Part shown: positions 1 to 13,110 of the stretch, piece after piece
Layout of the letters: each line of letters starts with the position of its first letter
Numbering within the stretch: position 1 is the stretch's first letter
NCBI RefSeq assembly: GCF_011386835.1
Contig: NC_088809.1
Span: forward strand, 7,874,001-7,938,000
Length of the DNA stretch: 64,000 nucleotides
Reading direction: 5' to 3'
Source: Chrysemys picta bellii
Lineage: Eukaryota
Made by a program: the position numbers and the translations under genes
The notes under the pieces: model-generated
What the model saw: only the letters and a program-made list of their open reading frames with translations
What the model was told of the DNA's origin: nothing
The model's database searches: none

Positions 1-162
1 TCCTCCCCCCGCCGGGGGCCGCAGAGACGTGCCAGCAGCCGGCTGCTTCCGGAAGCAGTGCGGGGCCACGGCATGCAGGCAGCCTGCTTGAGCCCTGCTG
101 CACCGGGCCCCCCCTTAGCCCAGGGCTGCAGCCTCTAAAGCCCCTGCGTTAATCCGGCCCTG
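1..162. mobile_element. Right part of a GC-rich hAT-like non-autonomous DNA transposon, truncated by the window edge
   Basis: The GC/CpG-rich segment ends in TTAATCCGGCCCTG (reverse complement CAGGGCCGGATTAA, a hAT-MITE-type TIR). Composition drops abruptly to background after 162. Confidence 0.55.
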
Positions 163-254
163 CTTGTGGGGTGTGTTCCCCTATGCAACGCACTGCACAA
201 TTGGCCAAATGCATTACAAGGCTGATTTGTTAGCTTCTGAAGCCTCAGGCATTA

Positions 255-387
255 GTTATTATTATTATTTAACATTTATACTATGGTAGCACCCAAAGGC
301 CTTAATCAGGATCAGGCCGCAGCGTGCTGGACACTGTACAAACACAGGCGAGGACGTGGTCCCTGCCCCAAAGAACTTACAATCTAA
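255..387 (-). mobile_element. L2-clade LINE/SINE 3' end fragment
   Basis: (TTA)n tail followed by gcacc...ctgtacaaac...gtccctgccccaaagaacttacaatcta, a motif string that recurs about 10 times in the window. Confidence 0.5.
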
Positions 388-3300
388 GGACCTGCTTCTC
401 ATTTATACTAAGGCCACTTTATGCTTTTCTGGTGGGGTGAAGAGGCCGTAATGTAAATGAAAATCAGGCCCTAAGAAGACAAGTAATATATGAAGGGTGA
501 GAGAAGGATAAAAGTGGGAGATATACAGTCAAATAGATGCAATTCTCCTCCTCCTCCCCATAAGGTAAGTGCCAGCTCATCCCCTCTGCCCCTCAAAGTA
601 TTACTGGAATTGCGGGAGAGGCGGGTGTTAAGGGGAGATTCAACATTGTCTGCACATGGGATTCAACAATCAGTGGCCAGTAATTGATGTTTGAAACTGG
701 GGTAATCTCAGCCAGTGCAATTCATAACTTCTTGTCCATACTTTAGGTTTTCACTGGTGCAGCTACACCATTAGCTGGTCCCCAATGGCTGAATCAGTGC
801 TAATCCCAAATATAGGCAAGGCCTTTGAAAAGGGAGAGAGTAGTGGCCTTACAGATCAGTTGAGCAACTAATGAAACAGAAACAACAGATAATGTTATGA
901 TACAATATGGGAAATCCTGTGTTACTAGAGGAGCCCTCAGGCCCAAATCCTGCTTCGACTGAACACAACTCAAACCCCCCATTGACATCAAGAAGATCTG
1001 GATTTTGCCTTTGATAGATTTTAAAAGGCCAGAATTGATTCTCTCCTTTTCCTATGGAATTCCAGTTTGCGTTTAGCAACGTGCTGCGAACCCTTTCCAT
1101 GTGCACATGAGAAGAGGAGGCCACCTCTCAGGTATGCACTGGAGAAACTTTACAACAAGACAAAAGAAAATGTTCTTTGTTCACTACCATTGATCCAAAC
1201 TGGAGTGGGAGGGGGGGAAGCAAAGCACATTCCTTAAGACTGAAGACTGTAGGGGAGTTTATTACTCCAACCACACAAAGGCAAAGAGAGGACACATGCC
1301 AGCACGGGACATCAATTTCAGAGTCCTTACTGAGGCGTACAGTATGGTGAAATTCATGAAGAAGAATGTAAATAACAACAGCCTTTCTTAGACCTCTGGA
1401 ATTAGGATTAATCACCACCTCAGCTAGTGGGGAGGAAAATAAAAATCCACTGGAAATAACAGGATTTGACTGAGAATGGCAGTGTATTAAACTTTAAGAT
1501 GTCTTAACCCCTTGCATTTGCCTTTACACTTGCTAACTTCAGGTCCCCTGAAGGTCTGGTATATGAGTAAAACAAAAGACTATAATAAGACGAATGCCTG
1601 TTCTAATGCTGATACTAATCATGCATGGACTGAAATCAATCACAAAACTTCTGCGGACTAAAACAGGATTTGCATTTGACCCCAAAACGTTATGATTTTA
1701 TCTTTATTTGTTTTCCTTATGAAAAAAGTACAACCTCCGTAATTAGAATAAAAGTTAGAAGCTGTACTAACAAAATACACAGTACATTGACAGACTCTGG
1801 GACTATGTAAAACAATCCCCAAAGGGGGGCACGTGTAAAGCTGCACACATACGCACCTGTGTTCTAGCTGCCAGCAGTCCAGGCATAACTCCCTGCACAA
1901 ATCAGTCCGGTCAGGAACAGGAATCACAGTCAAGAGGGGCTGTGCATAGGGCCATCTCTAATTCAGAGGATGTACACCAAAAAATGTGCGGACCATGTTT
2001 CTTGGCACAGAGCCCCTACCTTGAAATGCCACCCTCGCTAGCAGCTTCTACCCCAGAGGGTTTGCAGAGTAACCCCTACTGCTGGATTTGGTTGACAGCC
2101 AACTTTTACATTCTGCTCTGGCTGTTAAGTGTGAGGTCTCAGGCCACTCCTAGTAAAGGCCCTTTTTCAACAGATGGCTTAAGCATGTGCCTAACTTTAA
2201 TCACATGTATAATCCTATTCATTCAAATCTAAGCACATGCAGAATGTCAGGCATATACTTCCATACCTTGCTTAACTGGGGACATCATTTGGTCGATAAT
2301 TGATATCCATGTGCTTGATCCAAAGCCCACCAAGTCAATGGGAAGTGGTTCACTGACTTCGATGGGCTTTGGGTCAGGCCCTATATTCTCATATGTAGAA
2401 GCTAACTATAGAAATATAGATAGGATTAAAAGGACAAATAAAGGATCTTAATTCTACTTCATCATCTATACAATGGGGACAATATTTTTGTAAAGCACTT
2501 TGGGATCCTCAGATGAAAGGTTCTGGATAAGCTCAAAGTATTATTATTTACACCGTTTTAGCTGTTACATGATGTGAGTAATATTACTATTTTTGTAAGT
2601 AAACCTCTGAATGATCAGTTTCCCCCTTAGCATCATACTAAATTATTATTGCTAATATGCACATAACAGCCAATTAGCCTATCTGAGTGCACTCGTGACC
2701 TCTGATCCCCGCTGTGTCACCCGATCCATTAACAGGCGCTCAGGCCTTTAGCTCTCAGTATGAATTGATGTAGTACCTATTCTCTTTCAGCAAGGAAACA
2801 TGCTTCTGCATTCATCTGTCCATTTCCACTTTCTGTGCTTTTGTCTTCTTCTTCTGTTCCCTGTGTTGCTAACCTGGTCACAACTTCTTGACCCCACGTT
2901 CCTATCCTTCCCAAGGGTGTTGTAATCCCCATCACTGCAGAAGAACTTTTACTTTTCTTTTTAATCCACATGTTGCTCAGAAAAAACAGCTTCCAGCCAT
3001 GTGGGACCTTTGATCCCCTATTCAAGAAGCCCTTGAAATGTTTTTAAGGACGTTGCCTTCTTTCTAAGGCAAATGCATTCTTCATAAGCGGGAGACAGTA
3101 TGTGCTAGCTGGTCTCTGTTCAGTTGAAGAAGACAAATGATCCCTGTTATTACTTGAAAAGAGGAACAGTTGGGTATTTGGGGTTCAGTTTTTAAAAGGA
3201 TCAATTTTTGGAACATCTCAATTAAGGAAGGGAGAACTAATTTTGCCAAATTTAAAAGCACCTGAAAATAAAATTTTATAGGTATGTGGCAGAATGCGAA

Positions 3301-4286
3301 ACTTTTGAGGTTCACGTTTGGTGGGGATCTGGATAAACATGAATTCTGGGCCGCTGCATGTTTCTTTAAAAAAATTGTTTCCTTGTTCTTCCCAGAAGCG
3401 GGTCAAGACTTTGTTTCAGACAAGGACCTTTACTGTTTGCATAGCACAGGCTTCCATTTCATTAGAAATTAGCGGTGGGCCTGAACCAACACCTCAATCC
3501 GAACTCAGGATCTGGATTCACAACCAAATTTCCATCTATTCTGGGCATATCTAAATTATCCATTACCATGGTATCAAGATGACAATTTAGAGACACTCTG
3601 CACTTTATCTCCTTCCCTCCATCATTTCTCCATCAAACTGCTATTACATTGTTTTTTTCAGTCTTTGTTTTTTAAAGTTGCTTCTCATAATCTCTCCATA
3701 AGAATATTTCTACCTGTTTGTGCATCCACTCTTTTTGTTATACCTTTCTACTGCAGTCATAATTCTGTGAATGGGCAGAATCAAAACCTCAGTTCCCGAC
3801 ACTTCCAAACCGTTGTGTTTGAATTTCAGATGTTGATTTTGCTAAACTTCCGCATCTTTGGATCTGGTATGCTAATACAGAGATGGGTTCAAGCTGTAAA
3901 TTCAGATCTCAGCCTGGATTTGGAGCCAAGTTCTTGAGTTTGGCCATATCTTTATTAGGACTAATTGGTTTGTTTTTTAAATATGAAATTTTCCTTGAAA
4001 AGTAAAAGTTTAAATTAATGGTGAAAAACTAATTAAAATTTTAAAAAAGATCAAATGAAACCTCAAATTATTCCTAGTCCATGACCAGGGCACCTAAGTG
4101 CTATGGTAATACAAATAATTAGTAATTATAACAATAATATTTAGTAATGGGGATTCAAACGACTACAGAGTTCTTCCAACCCTAATTCCAATGGCCTCTG
4201 AAGATCTCACTTTGGTCCTGATTAAGTGCTTTGCTGCATAAGGGTGTTTTGCTGAATCAGGTCCTCAGACCATATGTAAAATCTTA

Positions 4287-4460
4287 GGCCTTGTCTACAC
4301 TACGGGGGGAGATTGATCTAAGTTACACAACTTCAGTTAAGTGAATAATGTAGCTGAAGTTGACGTACTTAGATCTACTTACCACAGGGTCCACATTACG
4401 CTGTGTTGATGGGAGACGCTCTCCCATCGACTTCTCTTGTGCGTCTCGTTCAGGTGAGGT
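4287..4460. mobile_element. Truncated PIF/Harbinger-like MITE, same family as 51916-52194
   Basis: TTA then the TIR GGCCTTGTCTACACTA. The internal hairpin aacttcagttaagtgaataatgtagctgaagtt is shared with the 51.9 kb copy. Confidence 0.55.
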
Positions 4461-5302
4461 AAAGGAAAGGTGCTTCACTTCATGTTGTCAAACGTTGATT
4501 TTTAAACCAGTTTCAATTCAAGAAGCGTCTTTCGTTTGTCTCCTAAAGCAGACAGAGAGTTGTCTTGTCTGTCTAATCTGTGTTGGAGATCTCCTATGGT
4601 TCACTGGTGAGAAGGTAAGCAAGGGATCTTAAGTGGCTGCATGGGAGTAAATCAAGGAGTCTTTGCTGAGCAAACAGAGAGCACCAGCAAGGAAAGGTTT
4701 ACAAGGTTTACCCAGCAGGACTCCACAGTGATTAGCTACACAATACAGCAACTTTAACAGTGGTTGGGAAGGAGACACGATTGCACCAGAGACTGTAACT
4801 ATAGAAGCAAACAATATATTCAGCTATGCTTTTAATTATTGGGGGGAGGCTGACAAGAAGTATTTCAAATGTTGACTAGTAGGTGATGGGGGAGGAGGGG
4901 GTCAAGGCTTACTGAAGCCCTAGGGAGGGGGATCCAGAGCCAGTCTTAAAATTTGTGGGGCTCGAAGTTCCTGGAAGGAGCTTTGAGTCGTCTGCTACTT
5001 TAGTTATGCCTTCAGAGAGGGAGGTTGACAAGCCCTGAGTTGCAGAATTAGCATGGAATCTTGGGGTCCCTTGGAGCAGGGCTCCCTGCGGCATCTTGCT
5101 TTGTTTGTGCTGACAGCCAGCCCTGGGGGAATTCAAAGGGAGCCTCCGCCAGGAAAAACATCATATGCCATTTAGTACAATTGGATGTATTCTACAGCCA
5201 TATAACGTGTGTGCTGCGATCCTGTCATATTGCACATGGATGGGATGGAGATCTCCAGTTATTAACAATCGCTGGGTCCAGGGCCAGGATTTGCCAGCAC
5301 TG

Positions 5303-5823
5303 AGCCCTGGCACCTCTGGGCTTGGCAATTCATAGCCCTGGCACCTCTGGGCCTGGCAGTTCAGAGCCCCAACACCTCTGGGCTTGGCAGTTCAGAGCCT
5401 CGACACCTCTGGGCCTGGCAGTTCATAGCCTCAACACCTCTGGGCCTGGCAGTTCAGAGCCCTGGCACCTCTGGGCTTGGCAGTTCATAGCCTCGACACC
5501 TCTGGGGTTGGCAGTTCATAGCCCCAGCTCCTCTGGGCCTGGCAGTTCATAGCCCTGGCACCTCTGGGCTTGGCAGTTCATAACCCCGGCACGTCTGGGG
5601 TTGGCAGTTCAGAGCCTCGGCACCTCTGGGCTTGGCAATTCATAGCCCCGGCACCTCTGGGCTTGGCAGTTCAGAGCCCTGGCACCTCTGGGCCTGGCAG
5701 TTCATAGCCCCGGCACCTCTGGGCTTGGTAATTCATAGCCCTGGCACCTCTGGGGTTGGCAGTTCATAGCCCAGGCACCTCTGGGCTTGGTAATTCATAG
5801 CCCCGGCACCTCTGGGCTTGGCA
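5303..5823. repeat. 31-bp minisatellite, about 17 tandem units, inside a hAT MITE
   Basis: Unit AGCCCTGGCACCTCTGGGCTTGGCAGTTCAT starts at 5303, 5334, 5365 ... 5799 with exact 31-bp period and no spacers. Confidence 0.95.
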
Positions 5824-7699
5824 CATCAGTTATGAATGTAAAAAAATTGCTTGAGACCCCGCAACTAATTACTTGAGCCTCAGCACCTCTTTCATTACTA
5901 GGTTCTACAGGAAGTGCTTTTCTTTAGTCCATAGGTGACACTCTACCCTCTACGTCTGTACTAAACCAAGACAGTTTAGCTGGTGGTGAGGGCTCCGTGC
6001 TGCTGGGTTCGATATAAAACCTCATTCCTGATCACTTGCAGTCACGCAATAGTCTTTTAGGGAGAGGAAGGGTGGTAAGCCTGGTTTCCTGGCTATATTT
6101 CAGCTCTTCCAATTAACTTTTTCTATCTGAATTCCCCTTTTATTTTCAATTTAAATCAAACCCTAAATAGCTGTGTGTTTTCAAATGATTGCCACATTTC
6201 TCCCCAGAGGTGGCTACATTTCACTGGTGGATGAAGTATTCTGTATTCATTCATCTGTAGAGCACTTTGAGATTCTTAGGTATGAATATGGTGCTATATA
6301 AAAGTAAGATATTAGGATATTATTCTCAATTCATTACTGTTATTATGATGACAAACATTTTTTCATTCATGTCCTGCCACGGCTCAAGGTTTTTGAGAAT
6401 GCCACACTATTGCAAAGACCTCTGTCTGGTCAATGCATGAGATAAATCACAGAGCACAGTATATACAAACAATGCAAAGGTTCAAAAGCGACACCATCAG
6501 CCTAATGTAAAGACTTCTACCGTCTCCGCATATCTGATCTTGAGACACAAACACAATACAGATAGATGGGAGCTAACAATGTGTACTAACATACGGGCCT
6601 ACAAATGTAATCAATTTCTGAATTCCTTTCTGTGTACCAGTCAAACTCTAAGCAAATCTTCTCAAAGACTTCAAAGAGCGGAGCATATTTGCTATCCACA
6701 GAGGAGTAACAATGCTTTCCCTTTTGACCCATCTCATAATAAAGTATCTCTGATACCACATATTAACAATGCTGACAGAAGGGCTTGCCTAAAATCATGT
6801 GCTAGAAAGTGTTTGCAAGTGACGCATGAGGCTTCTTTTCTGCAAAGCATTCTGGGAGCAAGATGGAAAGGAACTCGCTGTATTTCTTTATGCATAGTGA
6901 GGAGCCCTATATTACCACAAGGTCCAATCCTGCTGTTACTGAAATGTCAACATTCTCCATTGACTTCAGTATGGCAGAAGGATTGGGCCTTTAGTTCTTG
7001 GCTAACCAGCTGAACTGGTAGAACAAGATTTGAAAAATTACGTGTTCCAAAGTAGTTTGCTGTTGTTTAACTGGACTATTAATTTTACATCTGTGCCAAA
7101 CATTTTTGGAGTTGTTGAAATAGCTAAATATAGATGAGCTATCAGTTGAAAGCTAGATCCCTAATGGTTAGAGCAGAACATAAGCTGGCATTATACCTTC
7201 TTGCCTTCGGCGTCTGCTTGAGAACTCAGAGAGGATTGCTGCAATTTTTGCGAAGAAAGTGCCCAAAGAAACTCTGAGGACAAAAAATGGACAATTAAAT
7301 TGGGGTGAAAATCTAAAGGGACGAGGTGGTTCAGGGATTGGCCGTGGGTTATGGATCCTTTCACCTCTCGACTGTTGCTTCAAATCCAAATCTGGTTGGG
7401 TCAGGTCCTCAGCTGGTGTGAAGCAGCAGAGCGCCGTCAGTGCCAGAGTTCAGCCCAGTACCAGACTCATTAGTGCATGATGCGGATTTGCACTAGTTCA
7501 GGACCCGTCCCCCTCGTCTTTACAGCATTGATGGGCTGGTCTGAAATGATACAGTGATACGGTGACAGAAGATGAGTTCACTGCAATTGTACCGTCTTTC
7601 TGTGGGGCCACCCACAGAGGAGAGAAGATCTGTGGGTCACAGACAGAGGTGTTCCAACAAGCAATAGGGAATGGCTGAAACTCCGCAACAAGCTCCTGC

Positions 7700-7830
7700 A
7701 CAGGGCACCAGAGTGGGAGTCAAGAGACTAGAATTCTTTGGCCCACCTGCTGTGCCACTTCAGGCAAGTCATGTCACCGCTCTGTGCCTCAGTTTCCCTA
7801 GTTATAAAACAAGATCAAAGGATTATAAGT
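7700..7830 (+). mobile_element. MIR-like CORE-SINE remnant
   Basis: CORE motif ggcaagtcatgtcaccgctctgtgcctcagtttccc. Confidence 0.65.
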
Positions 7831-8379
7831 GTTCTAAATGCTAATTATTATTCACTCGCTGAAAGACGGGGGGAACCCCCGTGTAGCTGCTCTCAGATAA
7901 AATCCCAAAACAGAGCCACACTATCACTGCTCTAATGCAGGTGGTGCCAAAGGAGGTGGTAACCTGATTTTGACCCAGCTTAGCCTGCAGTATCGCCAGT
8001 GCTCCTTCAGAGCAAATACAAGACAATTGGTAAATGGGATTTACTTGTCTGAACAGGTGTCAGCCTTGCCTCACTTTCTTCTGGGGGGTAACAGAGAGGT
8101 CATGCCGCCTCCCGCCCCTCTTGTCAGACTTGCAGCTACAAAGGCTCACACCAAACTTTGGAGAAGCTCTTTGCCGCACGCTGCCTCAGAGCCGATGGGA
8201 ATGGTTCAGTCCCGAGCGCCATCTGATCAGGAGAAAGCAAACAAAACATGTGCAACAGAAACCAGTTTGTTATCAGGCCATTGTGGAAGGGTTGGAGCAG
8301 CATTTTCTGCTGAGCAAGTTCTCTCGGCTCATGCCGCTTTGCAGGAGGCGGCCATGGAGATTGATACTAGAGGTTAGTG

Positions 8380-8495
8380 TAGTGCTGGGTGGAACGCAGG
8401 ACTCCAGGGTTCCAGTTCTGCCACTGACTGGCTGTGTGACACTGGGCAAGTCACTTCTCCACTCCATGCCTGAGGTTCCCCTCTGTGAAATATGT
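8380..8495 (+). mobile_element. MIR-like CORE-SINE remnant
   Basis: ctgccactgactggctgtgtgacactgggcaagtcactt...cctgaggttcccctctgtgaaat. Confidence 0.6.
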
Positions 8496-11400
8496 GCAAA
8501 CTGCCTCCAACACTGTTGCATGTTAGAGCCTCTTTTGTTAGTGCAGCCCTGCTCCTCTCATGGAGTAAACTCTTATTGTTTTCTGCTGGAAATAAATCTG
8601 GACATTTACAAAGGTGGGTGTTGCACAGCAAAATCTGCTGGCAACCTGTCACATTGTGTTGCCAGCAGTTGCAGTAACACAGACAGGGCTGGCGTCTAAG
8701 CTTCAAAGTTCCAGACCCAGTTCTGAGTTCCAGCTTCCTCAGTGGATCTGGCTGTCAGCTTTTCTCTCAATATTGCCTCTATAAACTCATGCTGACGGTG
8801 CCAGGCCAGACAGGCACTGATAGAATAAGAGTTTGTGTAACGAGGCCATTTTGGGCCCCAATTCTGTTTTCTGGTTATACACATGCATTCAAAATACAAC
8901 AGCTGGGAAGGAAACTGTAGGAGGGGCAATTGTTAAGCCCCCACCTACGTACCGCAGTTGCTGTGGAGTAGACATTGCATGGATCCTACATCTGTTGAGC
9001 TGCTGATGTGCAGTAGAGGGACAGGCTTTGGGAGGGAGTAGGCATATTCCACATGTTTAACTTGGATCCTTTGATTCCCACATTCTCCCCCCGCCCCAGC
9101 CACAAAACACCCTCCCTTGCCCTAATTATTCATTCTCCAAGCAGGAATAATACATACACAGCTGGGTAGATGTTCTGTGGACACTACTGTGCTGGCCAGA
9201 GCCCAGAAGTGGACCACAAAGCTACTTTTGTATGGTAATTGGTATCCATTTGAGGGCAAAATGGAAGAAAGAGAGAGAATTTGCCCTTTGTACTTTATTC
9301 CTACATGGTTCTGTTTTTAAAACAATAATTAAATGTAGCCAGATCCTTCAGTATCAATGCCCATAAACCTCCCATGAACTTCAGTGTGTCCCTGGAAGAG
9401 CTGTGCATCTCACTGCTGCAGCAGGGAATCTGGTGTTTGGAATTTGGTGGTGCTTTCTCTTGATTCCAAAGGACCACATCAAGCCCAGGGTGGCAACTCT
9501 CATGATCTGATCATAGAGTTCGTGGTATTTGGTCTTTTCTGTAAAGCCCCAGCTTTCGGGGGTCACGTGATTACATGAGAATTTCAGCTCTCACTGGGGG
9601 TAGGGTCGGAAAGATGTTTCTAGCCCTCTTTGTTGCAGAGAAAAAGCTTAGGGTTTTAGACTCCTAAAGGCTCAAGAACCACAAGACATAAGAACAGAAC
9701 ATTTGTTATTTTTTTAAATCTCATTATTTTTAAAACCATCTCGTTTTGGGGGCCTGATTCACAATCTTTGAATACATAGGGCTGGTGCTACTGTGTGTCA
9801 TTGAGACCCATTCTCCCATTTCTTCATTTGGGACAGGATGGAATGATTTGGGGGAGGGGAAGGTGACTTTAAGCCACCTTTTTAGGCCCCATATTCTCAG
9901 GTGGTTCAGAGTACTGCCCACTCCCCAGCGTGAGTTAGAGCAGACTCTGGGGTGTTGTTATGACTTTTATTTGGTTGATTATCATAAGAATTCTTAGGGT
10001 TTCTTTTCTTACTCTACATACTCACTGTAAAGACGGATTAGAACATAATTATGGGTCTTTTGACCTGCTGTGCAACTAACCATCTATTGTCATGTAATAA
10101 TGGCATTATTGCCCCACTGGGTGTCATGGAAAAGTCAGTTGCTAATGACTTGCTTTATTATTCTTAGAGGTGGCAGTAATCCCAAATGTAAAGTGGTGGC
10201 CCTTTGTTTCGTAACAAGTCAGAATACGGGTTGTTACTAATATAAAGAAGTGATCTATAAAAATTCATCTTCCAGCAGTATATGGATCGTCATTCACAAG
10301 GAATTCCCTTGTTAAAGTTTTGAACTGTAAAATAATTATCTTGCCTTGTAAAATTCTATTGGTCATAAATGAACTTTGTCATGCAACCAGCATTTGTTAC
10401 TCTTCTCTTCATAACAATTCCATCACTAACACACACAAAAACCTAAACACCACCAGGAGAGGAAGTCAGATAAGAGGGTCCTTGAAGATTATGAAAACTG
10501 CATCTCTCTTAAAAATTTGATGGCACATTTACATGAATATTACCTTGTGTTATGAGAACACCTGGAGGTCTCACCTGAGATTGGGGCCCCGTTGTGCTAG
10601 CTAGTACATACCCATTAACACAGTTGTGTGATAAAAATGTATAGTAGAGCTATACACGTCTTTAAAAATACTGGTTTTATTAGTAGCAGTAAATACAGGG
10701 GTATTTCTAAAATGTAAGATAACACTGTTTTCCATTTTTTTTATTTTTTGGACATAAGACAAAAAAAAATCCCTTTCAGTTCACGCTCAATTTTCTAAAG
10801 CAAACAGATTGCATTTCATCCTGAACACGCTAAACAGTGACCCAAAAGTGGCATGGATTGCTTTTGCGTTATTCATTTTGGTACTGTAGTAGCTTGTGTA
10901 TTTTAGGTTTGTTCTCCTTCCGCTGCCCTCACCTACACTTATTTAGGAATAATTAATAAAATGGTTACATTAGAAAGAATGGCCCACATTCTGTGATGAG
11001 TTGCACCTGTGTAAATTTTGTAGATCATAGATGAGTTCAGTGCCTGTAAGGTAGTCTGGATGGCTGGTAGCCTTTTGAGATGTGGTACATATAGCTCTAG
11101 TTATCCTGAAAAAGTACCATCTCATTCCTGTAGATGCAGCCTGAGAATCCTCATATTTGCTCATTAAGTAGTTGCAGACCCAGTATGATCTAAACCAGCT
11201 GCATGAATGAGCTCAGTGAATCTCTTGTGATAGAGCAGAATTCAGTCTCACTTAAGCTCCGATTCAGGAGAGCACTTACGCACATGAAGCCTAGGGTCTG
11301 ATCCAACACCCCCACTGAAGTCAATGGAAAGACTCCCCTTCACTTCATGATCTTTGGCTCAGGCCTTTTACCCAACCCCTGTCCCCCCCATGCAACCACA

Positions 11401-11665
11401 GACTGTGTGGGCTGCAAGTGACGGTATATTATACAGAATGACTTTATAAAAGGAGATATTAGATTGGCCAATGAACAGTTCTAGGGTGGAGAAGCCTGTT
11501 TGAATCACTGTATTTCATGAAAATGGGAAATGTTTTAATTATTACTCTTAACAATAGCGTTCACCATATTAACAATCTAATTAAGTCAGAACTATTATAG
11601 TTGCATCCTTCATAAATATATGCCAGGAAGAAAATAATCTTTCATGAAATTCCATCGCTGGTTCG

Positions 11666-11768
11666 TATTTGTATTACAACAGAACCTCAGGCCTCAGTCA
11701 AGACCAGGGCGCTACTGCTAGATGCTGTAAAAACACACAAGAGACAGTTCTTGCCCAGAGGAGCTTAC
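11666..11768 (-). mobile_element. L2-clade 3' end fragment
   Basis: ttcgtatttgtatta...ctagatgctgtaaaaac...cttgcccagaggagcttaca. Confidence 0.45.
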
Positions 11769-12928
11769 AGGAGCAACAGACAAGCCTGGGAGGAGAGTCC
11801 CAAAGGCTGCGTAATGCTTTGTCTTTCTAGCAAGATGAGACTCCTGACGGAGCTGAGGCCTCCGTCTCGCTGATGTTTCCTAGACTCGCTGACGCACAGC
11901 CACTCAGACTCAGGTTTTCTATCTTTTACCACTTCTGGCCTTACCACTTCTGCTACATCAATCTCAGAAGGCTTTGATCCTGCCAATGGCTGCGCCCAAG
12001 TTCATTCTTGCACACACACAGTGCCCCGTTGATTTTAGTGGGGCTCTGCACGGTGCCAAGGTCTGCCTGCATGCAGGAGCACGGCCTATATCTTTATGGC
12101 ATTGCTTACTGTTGCCCCCAATAAATGTTGAGTCCTTTGAATTTTCAGCCACCATCCTGGTTTTCCCCTTTCCAGAGTGTCGGGTGAATGTTTGGCTCTG
12201 ATATAAATGATTCCCTGGATTGACTGCATTTTCCACCCACATCTTCTCACCCTTGTGTTCTTTCACTTTCTGACCTGCCTGGTAGTATTTATTATGTTTC
12301 TGAGGTCCTCACATCTAGTAATCGCCATCTTGCCAGGCATCTGTCACAGAGATTCTCATTTGCCCTCTGTTCTTCCCCTTTCTCTAGGGTATGGCTTTCA
12401 TTTGGGGAAAGAAGTAGGAAATGGGCACTTCAAATAACAGAGTATTTGAAAAACAAAATTCATTTTTTTTTAAATCATCATTCTATGATTGTTTTAAAGA
12501 TGGTTCAGAAGTGAGACCACATGGCACGTTAAGACAAAAAGTAGCATTCTGCCCAAAACATCAGATAAGATATAGCAAGTTATTTAGGGCCAGATTCTCA
12601 TACTACTAATGCTGGGTAGTATCTTACTCCATGTGGAGTACCATTAAGCCATAGCTTCAGCTGGTTTAAACTGGCATAACTCCACTGACTTCAGTGGAAC
12701 CACGTTGATTTACACTCCCTCAGGATCTGTCCTGTAAACTTCAGTGGGGACACATGGAGTAAGATACTAGTCAGCATTAATAGCAGGATCTGAACCTGGT
12801 CTTTTGTGAGTTGTATGAAATTAGCTGCAGCTAAGCCCAAATACATTGTGAAATTGCTAATATTTACGAGTAAAGTTCAGACTGTTTCATCAGCAGTACA
12901 GAGCATAAGGAAGGAATTGGGTAAGGAA

Positions 12929-13110
12929 TGGTGTCCCTAGCCTCTGTTTGTCACAGGGTGGAGATGAATGGCAGGAGAGAGATCACTTGATCATTACCTG
13001 TTAGGTTCACTCCCTCTGGGGCACCTGGCATTGGTCACTGTCGGTAGACAGGATACTGGGCTAGATGGACCTTTGTTCTGACCCAGTACGGCCGTTCTTA
13101 TGTTCTTATG
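12929..13110 (+). mobile_element. CR1 LINE 3' end, 5'-truncated
   Basis: Ends gggctagatggacc...ctgacccagtacggccg followed by (TTCTTATG)2, the 8-bp terminal microsatellite typical of CR1. Confidence 0.8.

Noticed and set aside
5303-5823. CRISPR-like array (31-bp repeats)
   Set aside because: The units are contiguous with no unique spacers, the context is vertebrate, no cas genes are present, and the unit derives from a hAT MITE.
6540-7013. 157-aa ORF
   Set aside because: It has a non-ATG start, ends in a palindromic repeat, shows no recognisable similarity, and its length is compatible with chance.
8090-8230. Minus-strand coding exon after the strong acceptor ttttgtttgctttctcctgatcag
   Set aside because: All three frames hit stops before the candidate donor, so it is non-coding at best.
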